DNA of 32,000 bases from Candidatus Heimdallarchaeota archaeon. GTDB taxonomy: Archaea > Asgardarchaeota > Heimdallarchaeia > Heimdallarchaeales > Kariarchaeaceae. The position numbers were made by a program, and so were the translations under genes. Location: the NCBI GenBank assembly GCA_030149205.1, contig JASBSB010000007.1:30001-62000 (forward strand). The letters run 5' to 3'. A model generated the notes under the pieces. The model was given only the letters and a program-made list of their open reading frames with translations. It did not search any database and was not told where the DNA came from. The stretch's first letter is position 1. The number at the start of each line of letters is the position of its first letter. Shown piece after piece: positions 16,769 to 25,611 of the stretch.

Positions 16769-18990
16769 CTCTTCTCAGAATTTTCAGAGTTTAAGGTATT
16801 TTCTGGACAGGAAGGGTCAAAACAGAAGGTCCAAGGTTTCTTTCTCTTATAAATTATTCTGAGCAAGGTTTTATTACAAACTTTACACTTTTGATCTGTT
16901 ATGACCAGTTTTCCATTTTGAGGAAGTGGGTAGGAAGTCCCACAATTCTTATCTGTGAAATAGCTTGAACAACCGATAAATCGTTTACCTGTAAGTTTGT
17001 TAGTTATTAGTTGCAATTTATTTCCACAAACGGGGCAGTCATCAATCTCAATACTTTCCCTTCTGTGGGTTGTTAACTCTCTGTCAATCGTCTCTCCAAC
17101 TTCTTCCTCATTCATCTGTAGCTCTTCCAACATATCATGAAGAATTTCAACCCCTTCTAACACTGCAGCAGGGAGTGTCATTGATTTTCCATTTGTGGAT
17201 TCACCATTCATTGTGTTCTCGATCATCTCACCGAGTTCCTCTACCTGCCTGGAAAGTTCAATTGAAAGAACTTTTGGGGAATAGTCAGCTAAGACTTCGA
17301 AAATGACCTTTCCTAGTCTTGTAAGATTTATCTGACTTCCTTCCACATATTTTCGGTTGAATAGAGCTTGGATAATTTCTGCACGTGTGGCTTTGGTTCC
17401 TATTCCACTATCTTCCATCTCTTTGAGTAGGCTTGCCTCATTGTAATATGGAGGGGGAATTGTGAATTTTTCTATTACTTTAAGTTCTTTTACATCCACC
17501 TTTTCCCCTTCCTTAAGCTCTGGAACTACCGTAAAGTTTGGCGTGGCATATGGTGAGAACAGATCCCACCAGCCGTTGTATTTTACTTTGTTTCCATTCA
17601 ATGAAAATTTTAAGGCATTTACTGCGAATTTAATACGTGTACCTTCGATTTTAACAGATTCACCGAATGTAGAAAAATATCTTTTGACAATCAAATCATA
17701 AATCTTCTCTGCATCTCTGCCTAATCTTTCTGGTTTTTGACCTGTTGGATGAATAGCTGGATGAGCAGGATCTGTCTTTTTTCCTGTTGTTGGCTTAAGG
17801 TTACCTTGAAGGATTTTAGAAATAATTGATTGTTGATTTTTAAACCTTGATTGATTTATTAGGCTCTTTAATGTCTCAACATGGTTAAATCCATCTGGAT
17901 ACTTTTCGCTTGACGTTCGAGGGTAAGATATCAATGCTGCCAAGTACAATTGTTCAGCTGCTTGTAATGCCCTTCGGGGACTGATTTTGAAGTATCTGTA
18001 AGCGTCTCTTTGAAGGGAGGATAGATTATAGGGTACGGGAGGCTTAATGGTTCGTTGACTGGATTTTATAGATTCTACTAATGCGTGATCTGTTTTGTTT
18101 TTTTGGACTAGACCCATTGCCTCATTTTTATCAGAATATGATTTAGAAAGTGTAAGCTCCCAGAGCTTTCTTTTTATTGTCAAGGACAAATTAATCTGAT
18201 AGTAAGCCTCAGGGTTAAATTCATCAATTTCTTTCTGTCTAGTTGCAACAAATTTCAGTGTGGGTCCTTGTACTCTACCTGTTGATAATGTCTGATATTT
18301 CCCTGAATAGTTTTTCAATGAAAGCATAAGTGCTCTTGAAAGGTTTATTCCCCACAGCCAATCTAAATAATGACGCATGAGTCCTCTATGATACATCCCC
18401 CAGTTTATACCTGAAGTTGGAAGAGATTCTTTCAGAACTCTTTGAAATGAGCTTCTTAACTCAGATTTTGTCAGAGAAGAAAACTTCATACGTTTAATCT
18501 GCCTTAAATCGATGTTGTCACTCAATTCATTGAATATAACACCTCCAATCACCTCACCTTCCTGATCATAATCAGTCATGATTATAAGTTCCTTGGAATG
18601 TTTAATCAGTTCTCGAATTGCTTCTACAGTGCCTTCCATTCTTAATTCATGCTTTGTTGGTTTTTTTCTGATGCTTCGAGCCATTTGCACAGGAACCCAT
18701 TTATAATCATAGGTTGGGTATGTCCATCCTCCTCCGTTTTGAATAAGTGTAAAAAGGTGACCCAATGCAGATGTTATTACTAAAGTTTCATCATTTTGTA
18801 GTTTTAGGCTGTATATTTCAACATCTGGAAATTTTATGCCTAGTTCATTATTTCGTATTTTGATTAGATTTTTGCGGGGTTTTTCATCAGTGAGGGATTC
18901 TGCGATCCGTTTTGCAGCTGTTGGTTTTTCAGCTAATCCCAAGATGACCCTCTGTTTAATAACCGTTTTTGGAACCTCAACTGAATACAT
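16765..18990 (-). CDS. topA: Type IA DNA topoisomerase (archaeal TopA/Topo III-like)
   Basis: TOPRIM AEKP and TDYDQEGE, STGRVQGPTL, catalytic ISYPRT, GIGTKATRAEII, and C-terminal Cys zinc ribbons. Confidence 0.96.
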   Translation of the reverse strand: MYSVEVPKTVIKQRVILGLAEKPTAAKRIAESLTDEKPRKNLIKIRNNELGIKFPDVEIYSLKLQNDETLVITSALGHLFTLIQNGGGWTYPTYDYKWVPVQMARSIRKKPTKHELRMEGTVEAIRELIKHSKELIIMTDYDQEGEVIGGVIFNELSDNIDLRQIKRMKFSSLTKSELRSSFQRVLKESLPTSGINWGMYHRGLMRHYLDWLWGINLSRALMLSLKNYSGKYQTLSTGRVQGPTLKFVATRQKEIDEFNPEAYYQINLSLTIKRKLWELTLSKSYSDKNEAMGLVQKNKTDHALVESIKSSQRTIKPPVPYNLSSLQRDAYRYFKISPRRALQAAEQLYLAALISYPRTSSEKYPDGFNHVETLKSLINQSRFKNQQSIISKILQGNLKPTTGKKTDPAHPAIHPTGQKPERLGRDAEKIYDLIVKRYFSTFGESVKIEGTRIKFAVNALKFSLNGNKVKYNGWWDLFSPYATPNFTVVPELKEGEKVDVKELKVIEKFTIPPPYYNEASLLKEMEDSGIGTKATRAEIIQALFNRKYVEGSQINLTRLGKVIFEVLADYSPKVLSIELSRQVEELGEMIENTMNGESTNGKSMTLPAAVLEGVEILHDMLEELQMNEEEVGETIDRELTTHRRESIEIDDCPVCGNKLQLITNKLTGKRFIGCSSYFTDKNCGTSYPLPQNGKLVITDQKCKVCNKTLLRIIYKRKKPWTFCFDPSCPENTLNSENSEKS

Positions 18991-19059
18991 GTATCTTGAT
19001 TTAGGTTAAATTTCTTCTATATAAGTGAAACTAATAATACACTTCATCAGATATGTTCA

Positions 19060-19734
19060 TTATTCTCTTTTGCCAAAAATTCGGGTTCCAATTCTAAGAT
19101 GCGTTGCACCTGCTGTGAGTGCTTCTTTCCAATCATCACTCATTCCTGCAGAATATATCACAGAAGAACCAAAAACTTCTTCAGCTACTTCATAACCCTC
19201 TCTGAACTTCTTCAATTTGACTTCACTGGTCCAATTAGGATTTGACATCACCATTAATCCAACACACTTTAATTTTAAGTCATCACTTTTTTCTTTAAGG
19301 GCAATAATCTCCTCATATGAATTTACCCCAGATTTGCTTTCTTCTTTGCTTAAATTATACTGGATGAGAAATGGTATCTGAGAAGACAGAGATCCAAATT
19401 TCTCAATTACCTTTATGGAACTAACCGCATGAATCAGGGCTGCTGTAGAGACTACTTCTTTAACGTGCCTCCTTTGTAAATTTCCAATAAAATGCCAGTT
19501 TAGGTTTAAAGTTGAAAGTGCTTTGTGTTTGCTTGAAAGTTCCTGTGCATAGTTCTCTCCAAAGTCTTTAATTCCAAGCTTGGCTGCAATTTCAATGTAT
19601 TCTATTGGTCTCGTCTTAGATACAGCGATTACCTTTGGTCTATCTGATTGTGGGGTTATACTATCGATCTCATCGATCAAACTGTTCCAGTTTTCAGAAA
19701 TTTGTTCTTCTAATACTCTATTGATCAAGTTCAT
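19060..19734 (-). CDS. yggS: YggS/PLPBP pyridoxal-phosphate homeostasis protein
   Basis: IAVSKT (PLP lysine), FGENYAQE, WHFIGNLQ, SAGMSDDW, GATHLRIGTRIFG. The start is uncertain (19770, 19752 or 19734). Confidence 0.93.
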   Translation of the reverse strand: MNLINRVLEEQISENWNSLIDEIDSITPQSDRPKVIAVSKTRPIEYIEIAAKLGIKDFGENYAQELSSKHKALSTLNLNWHFIGNLQRRHVKEVVSTAALIHAVSSIKVIEKFGSLSSQIPFLIQYNLSKEESKSGVNSYEEIIALKEKSDDLKLKCVGLMVMSNPNWTSEVKLKKFREGYEVAEEVFGSSVIYSAGMSDDWKEALTAGATHLRIGTRIFGKRE

Positions 19735-20665
19735 TACCCTCGCAAAAGTCATTTTTGAATTGAGCTGCAATTTTTTTGTAATCTGGATAGATATCTATCA
19801 GCTTAGAATCATTTAATATAGATAAGATTTTTCTGGATGCAATATCTGAAAGAAAGTTTTGAATATCTCTTTTTTTACGAATCTGTTCTTTCAGGTTAAG
19901 GAGGTTTGTTTCTTTTAGCATTTCAAAATGATTTAAGATGGTTTCTGATAGCTCCTTAACTCCCTCTCCACTTAAGGCATTTGTCATTAAAACTTTTGGT
20001 TGGCTAGTTTGTTCTGACATATGAATCAAATTTTCAATCTGGTTTTTAAGCTGTTCAGCACCACTTTTATCTGATTTATTAACCACAAATATATCCGCTA
20101 TTTCCATGATGCCTGCTTTCAGAGCCTGTATCCCGTCTCCTAACCCAGGTACAGAAACGACCAAGGTGGTATCACAGAGTTCCATAACCTCGACTTCGCT
20201 TTGACCAGCCCCAACAGTTTCTACAATGATGATATCAAAACCAAACAATTGGTATAATCGGACTGCATTGTAAGTCACAGCACTTAAGCCACCTAAATGA
20301 CCTCGTGATGCCATACTTCTAAAAAATACAGAATACAGGTGTTTGTTATCCATAACTCTAATTCTATCACCTAAAATCGCACCCCCTGTAAATGGGCTTG
20401 ATGGATCCACAGCTATAACCCCCACCTGCATTCCCTTTGAAACAAACTCATCAATTAATTTGTTTACTAAACTGGATTTCCCCGTACCAGGGGATCCTGT
20501 GATTCCCACAATCTGAGATTGTTTGATTTTTGGCAAACAAAGGGCGATCATCTCGCGACTTTTGACTGGATCGTCTTCAACAATGGATAGTCCCTTTGCC
20601 AGCCATTTTTTGTTTTTGTTTGATATAAGATCAACAATTTCACCGACTGTTGGTGATTTGGTCAC
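19718..20665 (-). CDS. meaB: MeaB/ArgK methylmalonyl-CoA mutase-associated GTPase
   Basis: GITGSPGTGKS, AVDPSSPFTGGAILGDRIR, RSMASRG, ETVGAGQSE, VNKSD. Confidence 0.95.
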   Translation of the reverse strand: MTKSPTVGEIVDLISNKNKKWLAKGLSIVEDDPVKSREMIALCLPKIKQSQIVGITGSPGTGKSSLVNKLIDEFVSKGMQVGVIAVDPSSPFTGGAILGDRIRVMDNKHLYSVFFRSMASRGHLGGLSAVTYNAVRLYQLFGFDIIIVETVGAGQSEVEVMELCDTTLVVSVPGLGDGIQALKAGIMEIADIFVVNKSDKSGAEQLKNQIENLIHMSEQTSQPKVLMTNALSGEGVKELSETILNHFEMLKETNLLNLKEQIRKKRDIQNFLSDIASRKILSILNDSKLIDIYPDYKKIAAQFKNDFCEGNELDQ

Positions 20666-20710
20666 AATTAGGGAATTATAGAATTTTAATTAAAGTATGT
20701 GTTGTTGGCT

Positions 20711-21715
20711 TCATAAATTTACGTTTTTAGAATTTTTGTTCTGAGTAAAGATTCTGTTTAACACCAGTTCTCCAATATCAGATGCGTAGTCAGCCAGTCT
20801 AGAGAGAGATTTATAAAGGAGAAATTCATCCAAGGTGACTTCGATCTTGTCAAGATGTTTATTGATTATTGTCTTCTGATTTATTGCATCCTGAGCTAAA
20901 TTTTCATCAAACTGAAGAAAAGAGATTATAGCATCCTCACAGGCTTTCTTGGTTAGGTCAGCAACCGTCTGAAAGGCTTTTTTATTGCTAATTTTTTTTG
21001 GGCCCAGCTTCACCAACTGTTCAGAATGATCACCAATTCTCTCAATGTTTTTTATTAAGAAATGATAATCTATGATCTCGGAGGGGTAAATCCCTATTTC
21101 TGTTGCAAAAACAACACTTGAGGCTGCATGATACAACTGCCTTAATGCGAGATAATAGAGTTTATCAAGTGTTCTCTCAGATTTCCCGATAACTAGTTTC
21201 GAAGATTCTTGGTAATCTTCAAACATCATAATTAACGCCCTGCCTAGCATGTTTTTAGCAGTGAACCAAGCTTTTCTTACTATTTCGACAATCTTCATCT
21301 GAGCTGGATTCAAAGCATCATGGATGATTATCTTGTCTATGCTTTCCTCAATAATTTCAGACCCCCAAAGCTTATCGCAAATGTCGTTTATCTGTATAAC
21401 AAAATCTGGCGGAAGTGGGGTTTCGTCTATAGTTTGTATTGTGATTTGTGACTTAGAGGCAAGGTACCCTGCTAAAATTAGCCTAATAATTTCCTCAGGT
21501 TTACTGTTTTTATCCACCTGAATCAAGGTTTGCGAGGTTCTTTCAGGGGTTGATAGTGTAGCAGGAAAGATTCTAAGACTGGAATCATCAAGTTCCTCTA
21601 TTATAACCTCAGATTTTGGCACGTTCAAATTGACCTGAGTTATCCATTGTTTTGGTAGAGTTAACACATAACTGCTGTTTCCAGCAAATTGAAGTTTTCT
21701 CCTTGTGGTTTTCAA
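20711..21715 (-). CDS. phoU: Archaeal phosphate uptake regulator (AbrB-like N-terminus + PhoU domains)
   Basis: RRKLQFAGNSSYVLTLPKQW N-terminus, plus PhoU repeats IERIGDHS and LSRLADYASDIGE. Confidence 0.9.
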   Translation of the reverse strand: MKTTRRKLQFAGNSSYVLTLPKQWITQVNLNVPKSEVIIEELDDSSLRIFPATLSTPERTSQTLIQVDKNSKPEEIIRLILAGYLASKSQITIQTIDETPLPPDFVIQINDICDKLWGSEIIEESIDKIIIHDALNPAQMKIVEIVRKAWFTAKNMLGRALIMMFEDYQESSKLVIGKSERTLDKLYYLALRQLYHAASSVVFATEIGIYPSEIIDYHFLIKNIERIGDHSEQLVKLGPKKISNKKAFQTVADLTKKACEDAIISFLQFDENLAQDAINQKTIINKHLDKIEVTLDEFLLYKSLSRLADYASDIGELVLNRIFTQNKNSKNVNL

Positions 21716-21918
21716 GGTGTGTATAGATGATTTTCAGTTAATTAATTTTAGTATGTTTTCTTGTTTCTCTGAGAAGTTCGGAGTTACACAGAGATTCTAT
21801 AGAAATGGTAGATGTGAGAAACACTTCGGAATTTCGATAAATTTTATAGGTTGTGAATATATACTCTGTCTTTTCCCACATGGCTAGCTTTAAATAATTA
21901 AGTACTCTCAATTGAACC

Positions 21919-22758
21919 ATGACAGTACTTGGAATTATTGGTCTTGTCTTGAGCTTTTTTATAGGAGCTTTGATTGGTGTAGCTGTTGCACCAGGTAATC
22001 CGATCGTCTGGGTTGGAATCGGGTTAGGTCTTGCACTTTTCTACCTGTTGGCTTCGGTCAAGGTGGTGTTTGAATATGAAAGGGGAATTGTCTTTAGAGT
22101 GGGAAAATTTGCAAGTTTGGCAGAACCTGGTTTAAATTTACTTTTACCTATTGTTGAGACATTGCAGAAGGTTTCAACCAGAATTCAGGTTGCTGATGTC
22201 CCACCACAGGAAATTATAAGCAGAGATAATGTTCCAATTAACATAAATGCAGTTGCGTATTACAAAGTTGAGGATCCAATTAAAGCAATATTGGATGTTG
22301 AGAACTTTCGAGCCGCAACTTTTCAAATTGCACAGACCACATTAAGATCTGTTGTCGGTCAGCATGAGATGGATCAGGTCTTAATTCACAGAGATCAACT
22401 TAATGCAACCTTGCAAGAAATCATTGATAAGGAGACTGATGCCTGGGGAATTAAGGTAAATCTGGTCGAAATAAAAGATGTTGAGTTACCCCAGAACCTA
22501 AAGAGGGCGATGGCTAAACAAGCAGAGGCAGAGAGGGAAAGAAGAGCAAGAATTATTCTGGCAACAGGTGAGTTAGAAGCCTCTGAAAAGTTAGCTCTCG
22601 CAGGTAAGAAGATGACAGATGACCCCGGTGCATTACAGATCCGTATGATTCAAGCGATGCAAGAGATTAGTGTTGAGAAAAACTCAACGATCCTCTTCCC
22701 CTATCCATTTGAAATTGGTAACATTTTCAAGAAGCTATTTGATGGAAAAAGCACTTAG
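21919..22758 (+). CDS. Stomatin/slipin-type SPFH (band 7) protein
   Basis: Hydrophobic N-terminus, EYERGIVFRVG, QIAQTTLRSVVG, AMAKQAEAERERRA, and a C-terminal IFFPxP-like motif (ILFPYP). Confidence 0.95.
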   Translation: MTVLGIIGLVLSFFIGALIGVAVAPGNPIVWVGIGLGLALFYLLASVKVVFEYERGIVFRVGKFASLAEPGLNLLLPIVETLQKVSTRIQVADVPPQEIISRDNVPININAVAYYKVEDPIKAILDVENFRAATFQIAQTTLRSVVGQHEMDQVLIHRDQLNATLQEIIDKETDAWGIKVNLVEIKDVELPQNLKRAMAKQAEAERERRARIILATGELEASEKLALAGKKMTDDPGALQIRMIQAMQEISVEKNSTILFPYPFEIGNIFKKLFDGKST

Positions 22759-22858
22759 TTAGAGAGAGAACCTTCTGTTTAAATTATTAAGTGACAAAAT
22801 AATATTCTGTTAAAGTCAAAAGAAATTTAAGAATTAAACAAAGACGTCAAATCATGAA

Positions 22859-23422
22859 TTAAGCTTTTTCAGGATCCCATTGTTTAATTTTTTTCTGGTC
22901 GATATTAAACTGGTTTAGGACCTTTCCAACAATAAAATCAACCAAATCTTGAACTGATTTTGGGTGATAGTAGAAGCCGGGAGCAGCAGGCATAATAGTC
23001 GCACCAGCTTCCTTTAAGGTGACGAGGTTTCTTAGATGAATGAGATTGAGAGGAGTTTCTCTAAATAGAAGGACAAGTTTTCTCGATTCCTTCAGCATAC
23101 AATCAGCTGCTCTCTGAATAAGATTATCTGTGTATCCTGTTGCAATAGCAGCTATGGTTTTCATTGAACAGGGTGCTATAATCATCCCATCTGTTTTGTA
23201 AGTTCCAGAAGCGATTCTTGCGGATATATCCTTAATGTCATACTGACGATCAACAGTTGCTATAATTTTCTTGTATGAAGGCCCTACCTCAATATCTAAG
23301 ACTTTATGTGCTGCATCAGACATAACTAACTCTACCTCATGGTTTAATTCTTTTAGATGTTCAATTATTCTCAGCCCATACTGAGCCCCAGATCCTCCTG
23401 TCATTCCTACCACAATTTTCAT
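22859..23422 (-). CDS. ubiX: UbiX flavin prenyltransferase
   Basis: MTGGSGAQYG, IASGT, APCSMKT, RAADCMLKESRKL, RETPL, PAAPGFYYHP. Confidence 0.96.
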   Translation of the reverse strand: MKIVVGMTGGSGAQYGLRIIEHLKELNHEVELVMSDAAHKVLDIEVGPSYKKIIATVDRQYDIKDISARIASGTYKTDGMIIAPCSMKTIAAIATGYTDNLIQRAADCMLKESRKLVLLFRETPLNLIHLRNLVTLKEAGATIMPAAPGFYYHPKSVQDLVDFIVGKVLNQFNIDQKKIKQWDPEKA

Positions 23423-23424
23423 CT

Positions 23425-23982
23425 TCAGTCTTCTCCTCTCTCAATTAACTTAGCCTTGTTATGTGGAATGATCAAACTGTTTCCATTTGGATCCTCGATA
23501 ATTAAAGTAAACTGTAATTCACCTTTTAGAGCTTTATTGATCTGTTGTAATCTTAGTTCAGCCTCTGCTATTTTTTCTGGTTCTGAAAGCTGAGATTTCG
23601 CAAATTCTACTTTTTCAAGAATATCAAGTAATATACCTTCTACATTTCTGATCCAGGTGTTAGGAGAAATCGAGGGTTCAATGGTTATACCAAGCTCAGG
23701 AATTTGAAACACACCATCTGAACTTCGAACTACTTTTGTGTCAAAATCATCTAAGTCTTCGACTACGTATTCGAAATGTTTGAAACCGTGTGAGCTCATA
23801 TTGGCAAAATCTGTCATTCTGTATCCACAATCAGGGCAATAAAGGTAGATCATGTGAAAATCGTCATAATAAGGGATCTGTATCAATTTTTGATAGAGAG
23901 CTGCCCTTGCAGACTTACATGATGGACATTGAGTCTCCATCTTTGCAGCTCCTTCAATGTTTATTGAATTTTCTTGTGACAT
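23425..23982 (-). CDS. zpr1: ZPR1-type zinc finger protein (single domain, archaeal)
   Basis: CPSC...IPYY...CPDCGY, TKVVRSS...IPELGITIEP, IEDPNGNS. Confidence 0.92.
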   Translation of the reverse strand: MSQENSINIEGAAKMETQCPSCKSARAALYQKLIQIPYYDDFHMIYLYCPDCGYRMTDFANMSSHGFKHFEYVVEDLDDFDTKVVRSSDGVFQIPELGITIEPSISPNTWIRNVEGILLDILEKVEFAKSQLSEPEKIAEAELRLQQINKALKGELQFTLIIEDPNGNSLIIPHNKAKLIERGED

Positions 23983-24114
23983 TCTGTTTCATAAGATGAA
24001 TCTATTCCTTTTATTTATAGTATGTTTTCCACAAAAAAATTAGAGATATTTTGTATGAAAATTCTGTTTGTCTCGCGTCGACAAATTAATGTATAACATT
24101 AATAATAGGTTTGT

Positions 24115-25104
24115 GTGGAAGAACAGATTGTTGATTTATCCGTAGGCATGCCATTCGACTTACGGTCAACATTAGAGAGCCAGCAGTATTATTTAGCTGG
24201 TAAACACAGCGGGGTAAAACTTTGTCACTGGACAAAAAAGGATATGGTGGGTGAAGGACAGTGTTACAAGCATAAATTTTATGGGATTACAAGTTCCCAG
24301 TGTATGCAGGTGTCACCTGCGCTTACATGGTGTACAGAAAGGTGCCTTTTCTGTTGGAGAAGTGAAAGTTATGCTTTGGGAGACAACATGGATGAGATTG
24401 AGCATGATGCTCCTGATTGGCTGGTTAGAGAGATGATTAAAGGTCAACAGAAATTACTTTCTGGGTATGGTGGCAACCCAAAGGTTGATCGTGATTACTG
24501 GGAGAAAGCTTTACACCCCAAACATGTAGCTATCTCATTAAGTGGAGAACCCACGCTTTACAAGCATCTTGATGATTTTTTGGAGGTATGTCATGACCTT
24601 GGAATGACCACATTCTTAGTAACAAATGGAACTCAACCCGAAGTCTTGGCAAACCTGAAAAACCTTCCAACACAGCTTTATCTAACAGTTGCAGGGAATA
24701 CCCCAGAGATGCATTCTGCAATTACCAGACCATTTAACCCAAAACAAGCCTGGGAAAATCTAAACAGGACACTTGACGTTATGGCAGAATTAGACACACG
24801 TAAAGTTATACGAATGACACTTGTCAAAGGCAAGAATATGAGTAATCCGGAGAATTATGCAGAGATGTTTTTCAGAGCAAAGGCAAATTTTCTCGAGGCA
24901 AAAGGATTTGTCTCAGTTGGAGATGCACGTAACAATTACGGCTATGATAGAATGCCAAACCTTGAAGATATTCTCACATTTTCGAAAGAGATTTTACAAA
25001 ACTCTTCTAGGCACCTAGAGATTATTGATCAGTCGAAGAGCTCATGTGCAGTATTAATGGCACCAGAGGATTATGACTGGAGATTTTTAGAGCTAAAAGA
25101 TTGA
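24115..25104 (+). CDS. taw1: Radical SAM 4-demethylwyosine synthase Taw1/TYW1
   Basis: HSGVKLCHWTKK, CYKHKFYGI, CTERCLFCWR, AISLSGEPTLY, FLVTNGT. Confidence 0.95.
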   Translation: MEEQIVDLSVGMPFDLRSTLESQQYYLAGKHSGVKLCHWTKKDMVGEGQCYKHKFYGITSSQCMQVSPALTWCTERCLFCWRSESYALGDNMDEIEHDAPDWLVREMIKGQQKLLSGYGGNPKVDRDYWEKALHPKHVAISLSGEPTLYKHLDDFLEVCHDLGMTTFLVTNGTQPEVLANLKNLPTQLYLTVAGNTPEMHSAITRPFNPKQAWENLNRTLDVMAELDTRKVIRMTLVKGKNMSNPENYAEMFFRAKANFLEAKGFVSVGDARNNYGYDRMPNLEDILTFSKEILQNSSRHLEIIDQSKSSCAVLMAPEDYDWRFLELKD

Positions 25105-25214
25105 TAAAAGGGAAAACGAATATTCAATTTATTGGGATAGTTATAGTTATCAATCGATTAGGTTAAAATTTAGGGAAAGTTCAGAAGATTATGAATCACT
25201 AGGTGATTTGAGAG

Positions 25215-25490
25215 GTGTTTTATTTGTCAGAAACAGATCAACAAATTGCAGAAGCCATCAGAATCCTAACTTACATAGCTGATGACTCAAGCGTTCCAAG
25301 AAATATTCGTAGAGCAGCCAGTAAAAGCGTAGAAACATTACAGGATGATTCAATGGAACTTGCAGTCAGAGCTCTGAATGCAATTGAATTTTTAGAGGAT
25401 ACAACCTCTGATCCCAACTGTCCTTATCATGCAAGAACTCTTCTTTGGCAGGCTATAACGAAGTTAGAGCTGCCAATGGATGAAAATTAG
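25215..25490 (+). CDS. UPF0147 family protein
   Basis: DDSSVPRNIRRAA...RALNAIEFLEDTTSDPNCPYHARTLLW matches this small archaeal family. The exact start is uncertain. Confidence 0.88.
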   Translation: MFYLSETDQQIAEAIRILTYIADDSSVPRNIRRAASKSVETLQDDSMELAVRALNAIEFLEDTTSDPNCPYHARTLLWQAITKLELPMDEN

Positions 25491-25601
25491 GCGGGATGCT
25501 TTAGCCTGGTAGAAGGGTAGTCTCGAAAACTACTGTGCTCTGCACGCGGGGGTTCAAAATCCAAGAATTGAACACCTTGGATGAAATTCCCCCTCCCGTC
25601 A
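25490..25601 (+). tRNA. trnS-CGA: tRNA-Ser(CGA) with a 29-nt intron in the T-loop (59/60)
   Basis: Acceptor GGCGGGA/TCCCGTC, D-arm CTTT-AGCCTGGTA-GAAG, anticodon arm GTAGT-CTCGAAA-ACTAC, long variable arm GTGC-TCT-GCAC, T-stem GGGGG/CCCCC. The loop TTCAAA|T is restored after intron removal. Confidence 0.9.
25559..25587 (+). other. tRNA intron at non-canonical site 59/60 with a strict bulge-helix-bulge motif
   Basis: T-stem, 3-nt bulge AT|T, 4-bp helix TTCA/TGAA, 3-nt bulge AA|A, 6-bp helix TCCAAG/CTTGGA, 10-nt loop. Confidence 0.88.
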
Positions 25602-25611
25602 TTTTATAATT

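Noticed and set aside
21705-21920. Two 60-aa ORFs in the phoU-stomatin intergenic region
   Set aside because: They overlap each other and the flanking start codons, have no motifs, and the region is better explained as a divergent promoter.
25490-25601. UCG Ser-to-Leu codon reassignment suggested by A73
   Set aside because: The few TCG codons inspected fit Ser, for example LASVKV in stomatin and FSKE in Taw1. Only a spot check was done.
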